Assembly: GCA_902517425.1 (NCBI GenBank)
Contig: CABYCI010000003.1
Location: 1 to 60,762, forward strand
From: an uncultured SAR86 cluster bacterium
Lineage (GTDB): Bacteria > Pseudomonadota > Gammaproteobacteria > Magnimaribacterales > D2472
Reading direction: 5' to 3'
Length of the DNA: 60,762 nucleotides
The translations under genes were made by a program, and so were the position numbers. Positions 49,848-60,762 of the stretch are shown here, piece after piece. The notes under the pieces are model-generated. The model was not told where the DNA came from, ran no database searches, and saw only the letters and a list, made by a program, of their open reading frames with translations. Positions within the stretch are counted from its first letter, which is position 1. Each line of letters opens with the position of its first letter.

Positions 49848-51055
49848 TGAAAAACGTAGTCATAACAGGTATTGGAATTAAATCTTGTATAGGTGGCAGT
49901 TATGATGAAGTTCTAGCAAGTTTACAAAATGGGAGATCTGGTATCGTCTTCAATGAAACTTATTCTGAAATGGGTTTTAGAAGTTGTGTTTCAGGATCAG
50001 TAGATATTAACCTGTCTGAATATATCGATAGAAAATTATTAAGATTTATGGGGGAGTCAGCTGGATATGCTTATTTAGCTACGAAAGATGCTTTAATCAT
50101 GGCAGGTATTGACGAAAGAGATCTAGATTCTCCAAAAATTGGCATTGTTGCAGGATCTGGTGGAGCCTCAACTAGAGTTATGGTAACAAGTGGAGATATA
50201 GCAAGAGAAAAAGGACCAAAAAGAATTGGGCCTTATGGTGTCACCAAAAGTATGTCTAGCTCAATATCAGCTATTATTGCTACTGCTCTTAAATTAAAAG
50301 GTATTAATTATTCTATATCTTCAGCATGCGCAACTAGCGCTCATTGTATAGGGCATGCTGCAGACTTAATAAAAAGTGGTCAACAAGATATAGTAATTGC
50401 AGGAGGAAGTGATGATGAGCATTGGAGTTCCTCATGTCTATTCGATGCAATGGGTGCCCTTTCATCAAACTATAATTCAACGCCAACAACTGCATCGAGA
50501 CCATATGACTCAAATAGGGATGGTTTTGTAATCTCAGGTGGTGCCGGAATGATAATACTCGAAGAAGAGGAACATGCAAAGAAAAGAGGCGCCAAAATCT
50601 TAGCAAAATTATCTGGATACTTCGCCAATTCAGATGGTTACGATATGGTTGCGCCATCAGGTGAAGGAGCTTTGAGATGCATGGAAGGAGCAATTAAACA
50701 ATCGAACGTCAAAATCGATTATATTAACACTCATGGAACAAGCACTCCTGTAGGAGATGCTGCTGAGTTGAATGCTATCAAACAATTATTTAGCTCAGAA
50801 GGCCCTATGATCAGTTCTACAAAATCAATGACTGGTCATTCTCTTGGTGCAACAGGTGCTCATGAGGCAATATATTCAATCATGATGATAAATGAAAAAT
50901 TTATAGCGCCTTCAATTAATATTGAATCATTATGTGATGAGGCCAAGGGTCTTGATATTATTACTGAGACAAAAGAAGTGGTTATTAAAAATATATTAAG
51001 CAACTCTTTTGGTTTTGGTGGAACTAATGCAAGTCTTGTTATTAGTAAGTATTAA
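49847..51055 (+). CDS. fabB: Beta-ketoacyl-ACP synthase I
   Basis: SISSACATSAHCIG, HGTSTPVGD, KSMTGHSLG and SNSFGFGGTN motifs; follows fabA. Confidence 0.95.
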   Translation: MKNVVITGIGIKSCIGGSYDEVLASLQNGRSGIVFNETYSEMGFRSCVSGSVDINLSEYIDRKLLRFMGESAGYAYLATKDALIMAGIDERDLDSPKIGIVAGSGGASTRVMVTSGDIAREKGPKRIGPYGVTKSMSSSISAIIATALKLKGINYSISSACATSAHCIGHAADLIKSGQQDIVIAGGSDDEHWSSSCLFDAMGALSSNYNSTPTTASRPYDSNRDGFVISGGAGMIILEEEEHAKKRGAKILAKLSGYFANSDGYDMVAPSGEGALRCMEGAIKQSNVKIDYINTHGTSTPVGDAAELNAIKQLFSSEGPMISSTKSMTGHSLGATGAHEAIYSIMMINEKFIAPSINIESLCDEAKGLDIITETKEVVIKNILSNSFGFGGTNASLVISKY

Positions 51056-52131
51056 TATAGATTCAATAAAGCGTCTTTAGTATACGGAATTACATCATTT
51101 AACCTGCCTTCTTTCATTTTTACTACCCACTCATAGTCAGAGAGCAATGCTCTACCAACTGCAATAAGGTCATACTTCTCTTTTGCAATATCATCTAGAG
51201 CTTTATCTATGCTAGTTGGTTTAGCTGGCGCAGTCATATCAATAAAATCAGAATCAAGTCCAACACTTCCGACGCCTATTGTTGGAATATTAGAAATTTT
51301 CTTTGTCCAATATGCTAAATTTTCTTCTGAGTCTTCAAATTCACTTTCCCAGAACCTTCTCATGCTTGAATGAAGAAAGTCTAGTCCAGCTTCTACCGGT
51401 GGTATTAATATTTTTCTTAGATCATCTGGGGTAGAAGCAAGTTTCGCACTAAAATCATGTTGCTTCCATTGAGAGAATCTTAAACCAACTATAAATGTAT
51501 CATCTACATTTTCTTTAACTGCTTTAATAATATCTGATACAAATTGAGAACGTTTTCCGATTGAGCCACCATACGAATCTTCACGAATATTTGTACCACC
51601 CCATAAAAAATTATCTATTAAATATCCGTGAGCTCCATGAATTTCAACCCCGTCAAATCCAAGATCCTGACATATTTTTGCATCTGATGCATATGCATCT
51701 ATTGTTTCTTTAATGTCTTTTATTGTCATTTCGTGAGCAACCTTCCTTCCAGGTTTGACCAAACCAGACGCTGTATATCCAGGAACTTCTGGGTTCGGTT
51801 GCATGCCAAGTTTTCTAAATCCTCCACAATGCCAAAGCTGTGCAATTACAGCTCCATTATTATTTTTTATTCCATCAACTACTTTTTTCCAACCCTCTCT
51901 GGCTTCATTCGTATCTAATCTTGGAACATTTGGATAAGCACTTGATGCTTTGTGGCTAACTTCAATTCCTTCTGTAATTATTAACCCTACTTCTGCCTTA
52001 GCGCGCCTTGCGTAATATGAAATAACATCATCTGTAGGTATTCCTCCTGGTGATTGATTTCTTGTCATTGGGGCCATTACAACCCTGTTTCTTAAAACTA
52101 AGTTTTTTAATTTATATTCTTCAAAAAGCAT
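51052..52131 (-). CDS. NADH:flavin oxidoreductase (Old Yellow Enzyme family)
   Basis: NRVVMAPMTR, QLWH, FDGVEIHGAHGYLID, N.RED.YGG and VGRALL motifs. Confidence 0.93.
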   Translation of the reverse strand: MLFEEYKLKNLVLRNRVVMAPMTRNQSPGGIPTDDVISYYARRAKAEVGLIITEGIEVSHKASSAYPNVPRLDTNEAREGWKKVVDGIKNNNGAVIAQLWHCGGFRKLGMQPNPEVPGYTASGLVKPGRKVAHEMTIKDIKETIDAYASDAKICQDLGFDGVEIHGAHGYLIDNFLWGGTNIREDSYGGSIGKRSQFVSDIIKAVKENVDDTFIVGLRFSQWKQHDFSAKLASTPDDLRKILIPPVEAGLDFLHSSMRRFWESEFEDSEENLAYWTKKISNIPTIGVGSVGLDSDFIDMTAPAKPTSIDKALDDIAKEKYDLIAVGRALLSDYEWVVKMKEGRLNDVIPYTKDALLNLY

Positions 52132-52139
52132 AGTTATTT

Positions 52140-53015
52140 TTAGCCTTCGTCATTAAATTGTGATTCTCTCCATGGGAAGTCAGGAGGTAAATCTGATGAA
52201 ATTTTGTTTTTAAAATCTGCATCTCTTTTTTCTAAAAAAGACATAACTCCCTCTTTGGCATCTTCAGAAGCTCCTCTAGAATTTATTAGCTTACTTTCAA
52301 TGATATGAGAATTTTCAGGGTTACTATCTGCTGATAATGACCATAGCATATGTCTTGTCATTGCAACTGAAACTGGTGCACTTGAATTACAAAATAAATC
52401 AGAAATTTCAATAGCTTTTGTTAAAAGTTCATTATCTTCAACTACATAGTTGACTAAACCAATTCTTAAAGCTTCTGAAGAATCAATGATTTTTCCTGAA
52501 TAGCATAATTCCAATGCCATTGGTATTCCCACAATTTTAGGAAGAAACCAACTTGCACAACCATCAGGAACAATACCTCTTTTTGCAAAAACAAATCCAA
52601 ATCTTGAACTTTTAGAGGCAATTCTTAAATCAGTTGGTAATTGCATCGTTGCTCCTACTCCAATAGCATCTCCATTACATGCAGAAATAATAGGTTTAAG
52701 AGAGTTATAAATCTTTAAATTTAATATCCCTCCAGCATCTCGTCTAAAATCTGAGGCATATTTTGCTTTTGTATCAAAACTTTTATCAAATGTTTTTTCT
52801 CCACCTGATAGATCTGCCCCTGCACAGAAAGCTTTTCCTGATCCTGTTAAAACAAGTGATTTAATATTGTCATTTGTATTTGTTATATCAATAGCATCGG
52901 TCATGTCATCTAACATTTGCATATTAAATGCATTGAGCTTTTCAGGTCTATTTAATTTAAGAAATGCTACTGAGTTTACTTCTTCAAGAGAAATAGTCTC
53001 ATATTCTTTTAACAA
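52140..53015 (-). CDS. Crotonase-family enoyl-CoA hydratase/isomerase
   Basis: LNRPEKLNAF, FCAGADL, AIGVGATM, RGIVPDG and EGV.SFLEKR motifs. Confidence 0.9.
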   Translation of the reverse strand: MLKEYETISLEEVNSVAFLKLNRPEKLNAFNMQMLDDMTDAIDITNTNDNIKSLVLTGSGKAFCAGADLSGGEKTFDKSFDTKAKYASDFRRDAGGILNLKIYNSLKPIISACNGDAIGVGATMQLPTDLRIASKSSRFGFVFAKRGIVPDGCASWFLPKIVGIPMALELCYSGKIIDSSEALRIGLVNYVVEDNELLTKAIEISDLFCNSSAPVSVAMTRHMLWSLSADSNPENSHIIESKLINSRGASEDAKEGVMSFLEKRDADFKNKISSDLPPDFPWRESQFNDEG

Positions 53016-53024
53016 AATTTGTCT

Positions 53025-53462
53025 TTAAAAAGGAATATCATCATCTGTTAAACCAGGCCCGCTATCATCTTCTGGAAATGGAGTATTTGATGAATCATTG
53101 GCTTGAGTTGGAGATTCTGAAGTATTTCTTGAGCCTAACATGGTTAGCTGGTTGCCAAGAACTTCAGTTGTCCATCTATCTTTACCTTCTTTATCTTGCC
53201 ATTTACGAGTTTGTATTTTTCCTTCAATATAAACACTAGATCCTTTATCCAAATATTTCTCAGCTATCTCAGCTAAGTTTCCAAAAAATACAACTCTATG
53301 CCATTCTGTTTTGTCTCTATTTTCGCCGCTTTCTTTATCTTTCCATGATTCAGTTGTAGCTATTGATATATTTGCTACCGCTGTTTGAGTTGCTGTATAC
53401 CTCATTTCTGGTTTTTGTCCAAGATTGCCAACTAAAATTACTTTATTTACGCCTCTACTCAT
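53025..53462 (-). CDS. ssb: Single-stranded DNA-binding protein
   Basis: [20 protein letters not shown] and C-terminal DDDIPF. Confidence 0.98.
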   Translation of the reverse strand: MSRGVNKVILVGNLGQKPEMRYTATQTAVANISIATTESWKDKESGENRDKTEWHRVVFFGNLAEIAEKYLDKGSSVYIEGKIQTRKWQDKEGKDRWTTEVLGNQLTMLGSRNTSESPTQANDSSNTPFPEDDSGPGLTDDDIPF

Positions 53463-53530
53463 AATTACCTCTTATAATATGTAGAAGTTTAACCTAATTT
53501 AATTTTTTCATCACGGAATTTTTATTTCAT

Positions 53531-56350
53531 ATGGATAGTATTTTTATAAAAGGCGCAAGAACGCATAATTTAAAGAATGTAAGTCTCGAAATACCAAGAA
53601 ACAAGATAGTAGTAATTACAGGACTATCTGGTTCTGGTAAATCGTCTCTTGCGTTTGATACTCTTTATGCAGAAGGTCAAAGAAGATATGTAGAATCATT
53701 ATCAACATATGCCAGAAGGTTCTTGTCTATGATGGAGAAGCCAGACGTAGATCAAATCGAAGGACTATCTCCAGCTATTTCAATTGAACAAAAATCGACA
53801 TCGCATAATCCAAGATCTACTGTTGGTACTGTCACAGAAATTTATGATTACCTTAGACTTCTATATTCAAGAATAGGCACTCCAGTATGTCCTGATCACA
53901 ATGAAGAATTAAAAGCAAAAACTGTTTCTGAAATATGTGACGAAATTCTTAAGCTCAAGGAAGGATCAAAAATTATGATAATGGCTCCTGTTGTAAGAGG
54001 TAAAAAAGGTGAACATCTTGCTATTTATGATGATCTTAGAAAGAGCGGCTACGTGAGAGTCAAAGTTAATGGTGTCGTTTATCCTATTGAAGAATTTCCA
54101 GACCTTGAAAAAAATAAAAAGCATGACATTTCAGCTGTAATAGATAGGTTAGTAATTAAATCTGGAAATGATATAAGATCAAGAATATCTGAATCTGTTG
54201 AGACATCTCTTCTTTTATCGGATGGACTTGTTGAATTAGAAGAGCTTGATTCAAAGTCAAGCACATTGTATTCATCAAATTTTTCTTGCTCAAAATGTGG
54301 TTACGGAGTTCCTGAATTAGAGCCAAGAATGTTTTCATTTAATAATCCATACGGAGCTTGCACTAAATGCGATGGACTGGGTGTAATACAGTTTTTTAGT
54401 GAAAAAATGTTAATACCTGATATTGATGTCTCTATTGCAAGTGGTGCCATTAAAGGTTGGACTAGAAGAAATAGATTTTACTATTACCAGTTACGCTGTC
54501 TTAGCAACCATTTTAATTTTACTTTAACAACAAAATGGAAAGACTATCCTCAAGACATCAAAGATATTATTTTATGGGGAACCAAAGAAAAAATAGATTT
54601 TTCTCATAGATTTAGAAGTGGTAGTCGAATAATTAGAAAACATAAATTTGAAGGAATTATCCCAAGCACTGAAAGAAGATTTAAGGAAACTGACTCAGAA
54701 TATATAAGAAATGAGTTATCAAAGTTGATGTCTGAAAGTGAATGTAATGAATGTGATGGATCAAGATTAAACACTTATGCAAAAAATGTTTTTATAAATA
54801 ATACTCAAATACATGATATTACCAATCTTCGTATAAGCGACTCCCTTAATTTTATAAAAAATATGAAGCTGGATGGTTCAAAGAAAAAAATTGCAGAAAA
54901 AATACTAAAAGAGATTTTAGACAGACTCACATTTCTTGAAGATGTAGGACTTAATTATCTTACTTTAAGTAGAAGTGCTGATACTTTGTCTGGGGGAGAG
55001 GCGCAAAGAATTAGACTTGCTAGTCAAATTGGTTCTGGTCTAGTTGGCGTAACATATGTCCTAGATGAACCTTCTATAGGCTTACATCAAAGAGACAACA
55101 CTAAATTAATTAAAACCCTAAATAATCTCAAGAGTTTGGGTAACACGGTTATTGTTGTTGAGCATGATGAAGAAGCAATTAGGTCAGCTGATCATATTAT
55201 AGATATAGGGCCAGGGGCAGGTAAGCATGGTGGAGAAATATGTGCAGAAGGAGATTTAAATTCTATTTTAAGAAATAAAAATTCAATCACCGCAAAGTAT
55301 TTGTCTGGAAAAAAGAAAATAAATATTCCTTCTAAAAGATCTAAACCAACGAACGAGAATATTAAAATTATTAATGCATCTGAAAATAACCTTAAAGAAA
55401 TAACTGCAGCTATACCTATTGGTTTATTTACATGTATAACTGGTGTATCTGGATCTGGTAAATCATCCTTAATTAATCAAACACTATTACCAATAAGCTC
55501 TTTCATATTAAATAAATCTAAACTGTCTAAGGAGATTAAATGTGAAAAAATCGAAGGGCTTGATCACCTAGATAAGGTTATTAGTATTGATCAATCTCCT
55601 ATTGGAAGAACGCCAAGATCAAATCCCGCAACATATACAGGACTTTTTTCCCATATAAGAGATCTTTTATCACAAACAGTCGAGGCAAGGTCTAGGGGAT
55701 ATAAACCAGGTAGATTTAGTTTTAATGTTAAGGGAGGAAGATGTGAGGCATGTCAGGGAGATGGAATGATTAAAGTAGAAATGCATTTCTTGGCTGATGT
55801 TTATGTTAAATGTGATGTATGTGAAGGTGACAGATATAATGAACAAACACTAGAAATTAAATTCAAAGATAAAAATATTAGCGATATCTTGAATATGACT
55901 GTTGAAGAGGCTCTGAGTTTCTTTGATGCTCATCCTTCCATAAAAAAGAAACTGATGACTCTTAATGATGTTGGTCTTGGTTATATTACTTTGGGGCAAT
56001 CTGCTTTAACTTTATCGGGAGGCGAAGCACAAAGGATTAAATTATCAAAAGAGCTATCAAAAAGAAGCACCGGAAAAACTTTGTTCGTCTTAGACGAACC
56101 AACTACAGGCCTTCACTTTGCAGATATAGAATTATTGCTAACAGTTTTAGAGAGATTAAAGAAACAAGGAAATACTATTGTTGTAATTGAGCACAATCTG
56201 GACGTAGTTAAAACTGCTGATTGGATTATCGATTTAGGTCCAGAGGGAGGCTCAGACGGTGGTAGAATTGTGGCACAAGGTAGTCCTGAAGATGTTGCAA
56301 AAGAAAAGAAGTCTTTTACAGGGCAATTCTTAAAGAAGATCTTAGATTAA
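53531..56350 (+). CDS. uvrA: Excinuclease ABC subunit A
   Basis: Two Walker A motifs ([16 protein letters not shown]), two LSGGEAQR signatures and zinc-finger cysteines. Confidence 0.98.
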   Translation: MDSIFIKGARTHNLKNVSLEIPRNKIVVITGLSGSGKSSLAFDTLYAEGQRRYVESLSTYARRFLSMMEKPDVDQIEGLSPAISIEQKSTSHNPRSTVGTVTEIYDYLRLLYSRIGTPVCPDHNEELKAKTVSEICDEILKLKEGSKIMIMAPVVRGKKGEHLAIYDDLRKSGYVRVKVNGVVYPIEEFPDLEKNKKHDISAVIDRLVIKSGNDIRSRISESVETSLLLSDGLVELEELDSKSSTLYSSNFSCSKCGYGVPELEPRMFSFNNPYGACTKCDGLGVIQFFSEKMLIPDIDVSIASGAIKGWTRRNRFYYYQLRCLSNHFNFTLTTKWKDYPQDIKDIILWGTKEKIDFSHRFRSGSRIIRKHKFEGIIPSTERRFKETDSEYIRNELSKLMSESECNECDGSRLNTYAKNVFINNTQIHDITNLRISDSLNFIKNMKLDGSKKKIAEKILKEILDRLTFLEDVGLNYLTLSRSADTLSGGEAQRIRLASQIGSGLVGVTYVLDEPSIGLHQRDNTKLIKTLNNLKSLGNTVIVVEHDEEAIRSADHIIDIGPGAGKHGGEICAEGDLNSILRNKNSITAKYLSGKKKINIPSKRSKPTNENIKIINASENNLKEITAAIPIGLFTCITGVSGSGKSSLINQTLLPISSFILNKSKLSKEIKCEKIEGLDHLDKVISIDQSPIGRTPRSNPATYTGLFSHIRDLLSQTVEARSRGYKPGRFSFNVKGGRCEACQGDGMIKVEMHFLADVYVKCDVCEGDRYNEQTLEIKFKDKNISDILNMTVEEALSFFDAHPSIKKKLMTLNDVGLGYITLGQSALTLSGGEAQRIKLSKELSKRSTGKTLFVLDEPTTGLHFADIELLLTVLERLKKQGNTIVVIEHNLDVVKTADWIIDLGPEGGSDGGRIVAQGSPEDVAKEKKSFTGQFLKKILD

Positions 56351-56763
56351 GCTGCTGATTCTTCTTCTTTTAATTCAGGCTCATCAGCGCTTTCAATATC
56401 TTCCATCTTTCTGTCAACAAGCTCTATGTAGGCCATATCAGCCTTGTCACCAGGCCTAAACCCAGCCTTAATGATTCGTGTATAGCCACCATTTCTATCT
56501 TTAGCATTTACAGAAACTTCAGTAAAAAGTTTAGCGACAGCTGAGTCAGATCTTAATTTGCTAAAAACATGTCTACGATTAGCAACAGTATCATTTTTAC
56601 CAATAGTAATTAATGGTTCAACAAATCTTCTTAACTCTTTTGCTTTTGGTAATGTTGTTTTAATAATATCTCTCTCGATAAGAGCTATTGCAAGATTTTT
56701 AAATAATGCTTTTCTATGCGATGAGTTTCTATTAAATTTTCTACCTGCTTTCTTATGTCTCAT
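56347..56763 (-). CDS. rplQ: 50S ribosomal protein L17
   Basis: [19 protein letters not shown] and GGYTRI motifs. Confidence 0.98.
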   Translation of the reverse strand: MRHKKAGRKFNRNSSHRKALFKNLAIALIERDIIKTTLPKAKELRRFVEPLITIGKNDTVANRRHVFSKLRSDSAVAKLFTEVSVNAKDRNGGYTRIIKAGFRPGDKADMAYIELVDRKMEDIESADEPELKEEESAA

Positions 56764-56766
56764 TTT

Positions 56767-57732
56767 TTATCCTACTGGAGGCCAGTTTTCTACATTCATA
56801 CCTAATGAAAGATTTTTTGAAGCTAAAACATCTTTGATTTCATTTAAAGACTTCTTTCCTAAGTTAGGAGTCTTAAGTAGATCAAATTCAGACCTATGAA
56901 TTAAATCTCCAATAAGAAATATACTCTCAGCTTTAAGGCAATTGGTAGATCTAACTGTAAGTTCTAATTCTTCAATAGATCTTAATAATATAGGATCAAA
57001 GTCATTCTGATCTTTCTTAGCTTCCTGTTCGGCAATTGCATCTAGATCAACAAAAGAACTCAACTGTTGTTGAAGGATTGTTGCACAATGTTCAATTGCC
57101 ATCTTTGGATCAATAGTTCCATCAGTTTCAAGTTCAATAACTAATTTATCTAAGTCGGTTCTTTTTCCTGACCTAGCATTATCGACCGTATAGGAAACTC
57201 TTCTTACTGGGCTATATGAAGCGTCTACTTTAAGTGCTCCAACTACAATGTCTTCATCCTCTCTCAAGTCAGCAGGTTCATAACCTCTTCCGGTTTTAAC
57301 AGTTAATGTCATCTTAAGATTAACCTTGTCTACAATAGTAGCTACATGAAAATCTTGATTCACTAGTTCAACATTACCGGGAACGTCAAAAGATGATGCT
57401 AATACATCACATGGACCAGTAATATCTAGGGTTATCTCTGCGGAATCACCTTCTATTAGATTAATTGGCATATCCTTAATATTAAGTAATATATTAATTA
57501 CATCCTCTCTGATTCCCTCTATTGTGCTGTATTCGTGGGATATACCATCAATCGATACATCTGTTACAGCAGCTCCAGGCATAGATGAAAGAAGAATTCT
57601 TCTTAAAGCGTTGCCTAATGTGTGTCCAAAGCCTCTTTCTAAAGGCTCAAGTGTAACCTTTGATAAAGTTGGTGATACGTCATCAACTTGTATTTCAGTT
57701 GGTACTAATAGGTCTATTACTGATGTTTGCAT
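56767..57732 (-). CDS. rpoA: RNA polymerase alpha subunit
   Basis: [33 protein letters not shown] and PNLGKKSL motifs. Confidence 0.98.
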   Translation of the reverse strand: MQTSVIDLLVPTEIQVDDVSPTLSKVTLEPLERGFGHTLGNALRRILLSSMPGAAVTDVSIDGISHEYSTIEGIREDVINILLNIKDMPINLIEGDSAEITLDITGPCDVLASSFDVPGNVELVNQDFHVATIVDKVNLKMTLTVKTGRGYEPADLREDEDIVVGALKVDASYSPVRRVSYTVDNARSGKRTDLDKLVIELETDGTIDPKMAIEHCATILQQQLSSFVDLDAIAEQEAKKDQNDFDPILLRSIEELELTVRSTNCLKAESIFLIGDLIHRSEFDLLKTPNLGKKSLNEIKDVLASKNLSLGMNVENWPPVG

Positions 57733-57755
57733 AATTTTTCTCCGCCTTTGTTAGA

Positions 57756-58376
57756 TTATTTTGAGTAAAGCTCAATGATGAGATTCTCATTAATTTCTGT
57801 ACTTAAATCTGTTCTATCTGGTACTGATTTAAATACGCCTTTTAACTTTTGGTTATCAACTTCCAACCAATCACATTCTTCTCTTGATTCTGCAATTTTT
57901 AAAGCTGCAGCAATTCTTAAATGTCCTCTTTTTGACTCTCTTACCTCTATTTCATCACCTGGTTGAACTTGATAAGAAGGAATGTTCACAGTTTTATTAT
58001 TTACCATAAACGCCTTATGGGAAACCATTTGTCTTGCCTCAGCCCTAGTCGATCCAAAACCCATTCTATAAACTACGTTATCTAATCTTTTTTCAAGCAA
58101 TGAAAGTAAGTTTTCACCGGTATTTCCTTTCAATGAGGCAGCTTTCTTATAGTAATTTCTAAATTGTTTTTCCAGAACTCCATACATTCTTCTTACTTTT
58201 TGTTTTTCTCTAAGCTGTAAACCATAATCCGACAATCTTCCTCTTCTTGCGCCGTGAACTCCAGGAACTGTGTCCATATTACATTTAGATTCGATTGCTC
58301 TTACTCCACTTTTAAGAAGTAAATCAGTGCCCTCTCTTCTAGAAAGTCTTAATGATGGTCCTCTATATCTAGCCAT
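57756..58376 (-). CDS. rpsD: 30S ribosomal protein S4
   Basis: [22 protein letters not shown] and ELYSK motifs. Confidence 0.98.
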   Translation of the reverse strand: MARYRGPSLRLSRREGTDLLLKSGVRAIESKCNMDTVPGVHGARRGRLSDYGLQLREKQKVRRMYGVLEKQFRNYYKKAASLKGNTGENLLSLLEKRLDNVVYRMGFGSTRAEARQMVSHKAFMVNNKTVNIPSYQVQPGDEIEVRESKRGHLRIAAALKIAESREECDWLEVDNQKLKGVFKSVPDRTDLSTEINENLIIELYSK

Positions 58377-58387
58377 TTATTTCTCCT

Positions 58388-58765
58388 TTATACTCTTCTT
58401 TTTTTAGATGGTCTGCATCCATTATGTGGAAGCGGCGTGACATCTGTAATACTTTTTATCTTAAGACCACATGAATTAAGAGATCTTATTGCCGACTCTC
58501 TTCCTCCGCCAGGACCTTTGACCTTCACATCTAAATTTATCATTCCAAATTCCTTAGCAGCATTTCCAGCCTTATCGGCTGCAATCTGAGCTGCAAAAGG
58601 CGTACTTTTTCTAGAACCTTTAAAACCAGAACCACCAGAAGTTGCCCAGCAGATTGTATTTCCTTGCTTGTCAGTAATGGTCACAATTGTGTTATTAAAA
58701 GACGAATGGATGTGGGCCACTCCGTCAGTAACAATTTTCTTATTTTTCTTTCCCTTAACTGCCAT
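58388..58765 (-). CDS. rpsK: 30S ribosomal protein S11
   Basis: [15 protein letters not shown] and PHNGCRP motifs. Confidence 0.98.
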   Translation of the reverse strand: MAVKGKKNKKIVTDGVAHIHSSFNNTIVTITDKQGNTICWATSGGSGFKGSRKSTPFAAQIAADKAGNAAKEFGMINLDVKVKGPGGGRESAIRSLNSCGLKIKSITDVTPLPHNGCRPSKKRRV

Positions 58766-58767
58766 TA

Positions 58768-59124
58768 TTATCCTCTCATAGGCTTCTTAGGCCCTTTTCT
58801 TGTTCTTGCATTATTTTTAGTATTTTGTCCTCTTGTTGGCAATTTTCTTCTATGCCTTATCCCTCGATAACTTGCTAAATCCATTAATCGTTTAATGTTT
58901 GTGCTGATATTTCTTCGAAGATCTCCCTCTACAGTATGAGTTGCTACTGCATTTCTTATGTTTTCTATTTCTTCTTCAGAAAGGTCAGATATTTTTCTTG
59001 TGTAATCTATTTTTAACGACTCACATATATCTTGTGCTGTTTTTCTTCCAATACCAAAAATGTGAGTTAAAGAAATCTCTACATGTTTGTTTTCCGGAAT
59101 ATTTACTCCTGCTATCCTTGCCAT
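58768..59124 (-). CDS. rpsM: 30S ribosomal protein S13
   Basis: [16 protein letters not shown] and RGQ.TK.NARTRKG motifs. Confidence 0.98.
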   Translation of the reverse strand: MARIAGVNIPENKHVEISLTHIFGIGRKTAQDICESLKIDYTRKISDLSEEEIENIRNAVATHTVEGDLRRNISTNIKRLMDLASYRGIRHRRKLPTRGQNTKNNARTRKGPKKPMRG

Positions 59125-59127
59125 AAC

Positions 59128-59244
59128 TTAACCTTGCCTCTGTTTGTGTTTTGGATCTGTTTTACAAATTACAAATAAGACACCATTTCTTCTTACAATT
59201 TTGCAATTCCTACATATTTTTTTGACTGATGCTTTAACTTTCAT
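59128..59244 (-). CDS. rpmJ: 50S ribosomal protein L36 (zinc-ribbon form)
   Basis: Not in the ORF track. Hand translation: [38 protein letters not shown]. Confidence 0.97.
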   Translation of the reverse strand: MKVKASVKKICRNCKIVRRNGVLFVICKTDPKHKQRQG

Positions 59245-59245
59245 A

Positions 59246-60544
59246 TTACCTTTTATAATTTTTTAAATTAGCTTTTTTCATCAAAGATGCATATTGAGAT
59301 GACATCATATGAGATTGAACTTGTGCCATAAAATCCATTAAAACAACTACAATAATTAATACTGAAGTTCCTCCAATTGATATCGTTGGAGAAATTCCAG
59401 CAAAATTAATTAACGCTAATGGAAGTAAGCATATTAATGTTAGGTATATTGCTCCAAAGACAGTTAATCTTGCTAAAACTGAATCAATATAATTTGCAGT
59501 TTGTTCACCTGGTCTTATACCTGCGATATATGCTCCTGATCTTTTAAGATTATCTGAAACATCTTTCGTATTAAATGTTAAGGCCAACCAAATAAAACAG
59601 AAACTAATTATTAATCCTGCAAAAACTATAATGTAAAGTGGTTGTCCTGGATTTAAAGCCAACGAGAAACTTTGAAGGAAACTTAGTGATTCGTTTTCTC
59701 CAAACCAAGTAGAAAGTGAAGCTGGAAATAAAAGAAACGTGCTTGCAAAGATTGCCGGAATGACGCCAGCCATATTAACTTTAAAAGGAAGATGGCTAGT
59801 TTGAGCTTGCATAAGCCTTCTGCCTTGTTGTCTTTGAGCATAATTAACTGTTATTCTTCTTTGCCCTCTTTCAATAAATACCACTACTGCAATAACTGAC
59901 ATAGAGAGTAGTGCTATTCCTATCAAGAGAAGAATACTTAAGTCACCTTGTCTTGATTGCTCTAATGCTTGTCCTATAGCACCAGGAATACCAGTAAGTA
60001 TGCTTGTTGCGATAATGATTGAAATGCCATTACCTATCCCTCTCTCAGAAACCTGTTCACCTAACCACATTAAGAACATTGTTCCAGCTACAACTGAGAA
60101 TACAGCAGATACAAAGAAAGATGGACCAGGAACATATGCAAGTCCACTCGCTGATAATGTTACAGCTAATGCAGATGCTTGAATGAAAGCAAGAACTGCG
60201 GTTCCATATCTTGTGTATTGAGTGATTTTATTTCTTCCTGCTTGGCCATCTTTTTTAAGCTCTTGAAGATACGGAATTGAATTAGAAAAAAGTTGCATGA
60301 TAATTGCTGAAGAAATGTACGGGACAACATTTAATGCGAAAATACTCATTCTTTCTAATGCACCACCTGAAAATAAATTGAACATTTCAATTATGGTTCC
60401 CTGATTCTGCTGAAATAAAGCTGCAAGCCTATCTGGATCTATGCCAGGGATAGGTATATGAGTACCTATTCTATAAACAAGAATAGCGAAGAAAACGAAA
60501 CGAAGTCGTTTCCAAAGATCACTCATGTTTCCTTGTTCGCTCAT
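59246..60544 (-). CDS. secY: Preprotein translocase subunit SecY
   Basis: SIFAL...PYISS.II, GIGNGIS, GVIP.IFA, GIRPG and GGTS.LI motifs. Confidence 0.98.
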   Translation of the reverse strand: MSEQGNMSDLWKRLRFVFFAILVYRIGTHIPIPGIDPDRLAALFQQNQGTIIEMFNLFSGGALERMSIFALNVVPYISSAIIMQLFSNSIPYLQELKKDGQAGRNKITQYTRYGTAVLAFIQASALAVTLSASGLAYVPGPSFFVSAVFSVVAGTMFLMWLGEQVSERGIGNGISIIIATSILTGIPGAIGQALEQSRQGDLSILLLIGIALLSMSVIAVVVFIERGQRRITVNYAQRQQGRRLMQAQTSHLPFKVNMAGVIPAIFASTFLLFPASLSTWFGENESLSFLQSFSLALNPGQPLYIIVFAGLIISFCFIWLALTFNTKDVSDNLKRSGAYIAGIRPGEQTANYIDSVLARLTVFGAIYLTLICLLPLALINFAGISPTISIGGTSVLIIVVVLMDFMAQVQSHMMSSQYASLMKKANLKNYKR

Positions 60545-60762
60545 TATTCCTTATTACCTTTTAAATCTTTTTTTAAATCAGCTTCAATAATTTTACCGCC
60601 AGCTTTTTCAATTGATTCTTTTGCGCCTTTAGAAACCGCCAACCCTTCAACTGTTACTTTTGATTCAATAACAGAATTGCCAAAGATCTTAACTTTATTA
60701 ACAGATTTACTTATTATTTTGTTTTCTTTAAGAGTTTTAAGATTAATGATATCCATGCCATT
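60544..60762 (-). CDS. rplO: 50S ribosomal protein L15, 3' part (runs off the window end)
   Basis: VKIFG...VSKGAKESIEKAGGKI; directly upstream of secY. Confidence 0.92.
   Translation of the reverse strand, partial: NGMDIINLKTLKENKIISKSVNKVKIFGNSVIESKVTVEGLAVSKGAKESIEKAGGKIIEADLKKDLKGNKE

Noticed and set aside
53463-53530. LexA box between ssb and uvrA
   Set aside because: No CTGT-N8-ACAG is present in the 68-nt spacer.

Overview
Low-GC (roughly 30% by eye), very densely packed core-genome segment of a streamlined marine-type gammaproteobacterium. It is SAR86-like by gene content, gene order and compaction; that assignment is inference. About 65 housekeeping genes are present: map-glnD-dapD-dapE, a POT transporter, lptFG/pepA/valS, leuA, a 23-gene minus-strand run (fur-grpE-dnaK-dnaJ-dapB-rpsB-tsf...bamA-lpx-rnhB-dnaE-tilS-crotonase), bamE/ratA, smpB plus tmRNA, one TonB-dependent receptor, rpsT/obgE/rpmA/rplU, ispB-fabA-fabB, ssb/uvrA and the end of the spc/alpha ribosomal operon. 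I saw no mobile element, CRISPR array, rRNA or tRNA, and I cannot demonstrate a new multi-gene system. The best leads lie inside housekeeping DNA: (1) a valyl-tRNA synthetase that ends cleanly about 190 aa early, without its coiled-coil tRNA-binding arm; (2) an unannotated 40-aa, very basic, possibly ArfA-like ORF between dapE and the POT transporter; (3) rnhB with no ATG/GTG/TTG start and a likely CTG start coupled to the lpxB stop; (4) LptF with a seventh hydrophobic helix; (5) a recurring leaderless promoter layout and 4-nt stop-to-stop overlaps at convergent junctions; (6) Fur with one degenerate metal site; (7) holC, accA, recN, rnfH and proB absent from their usual slots.
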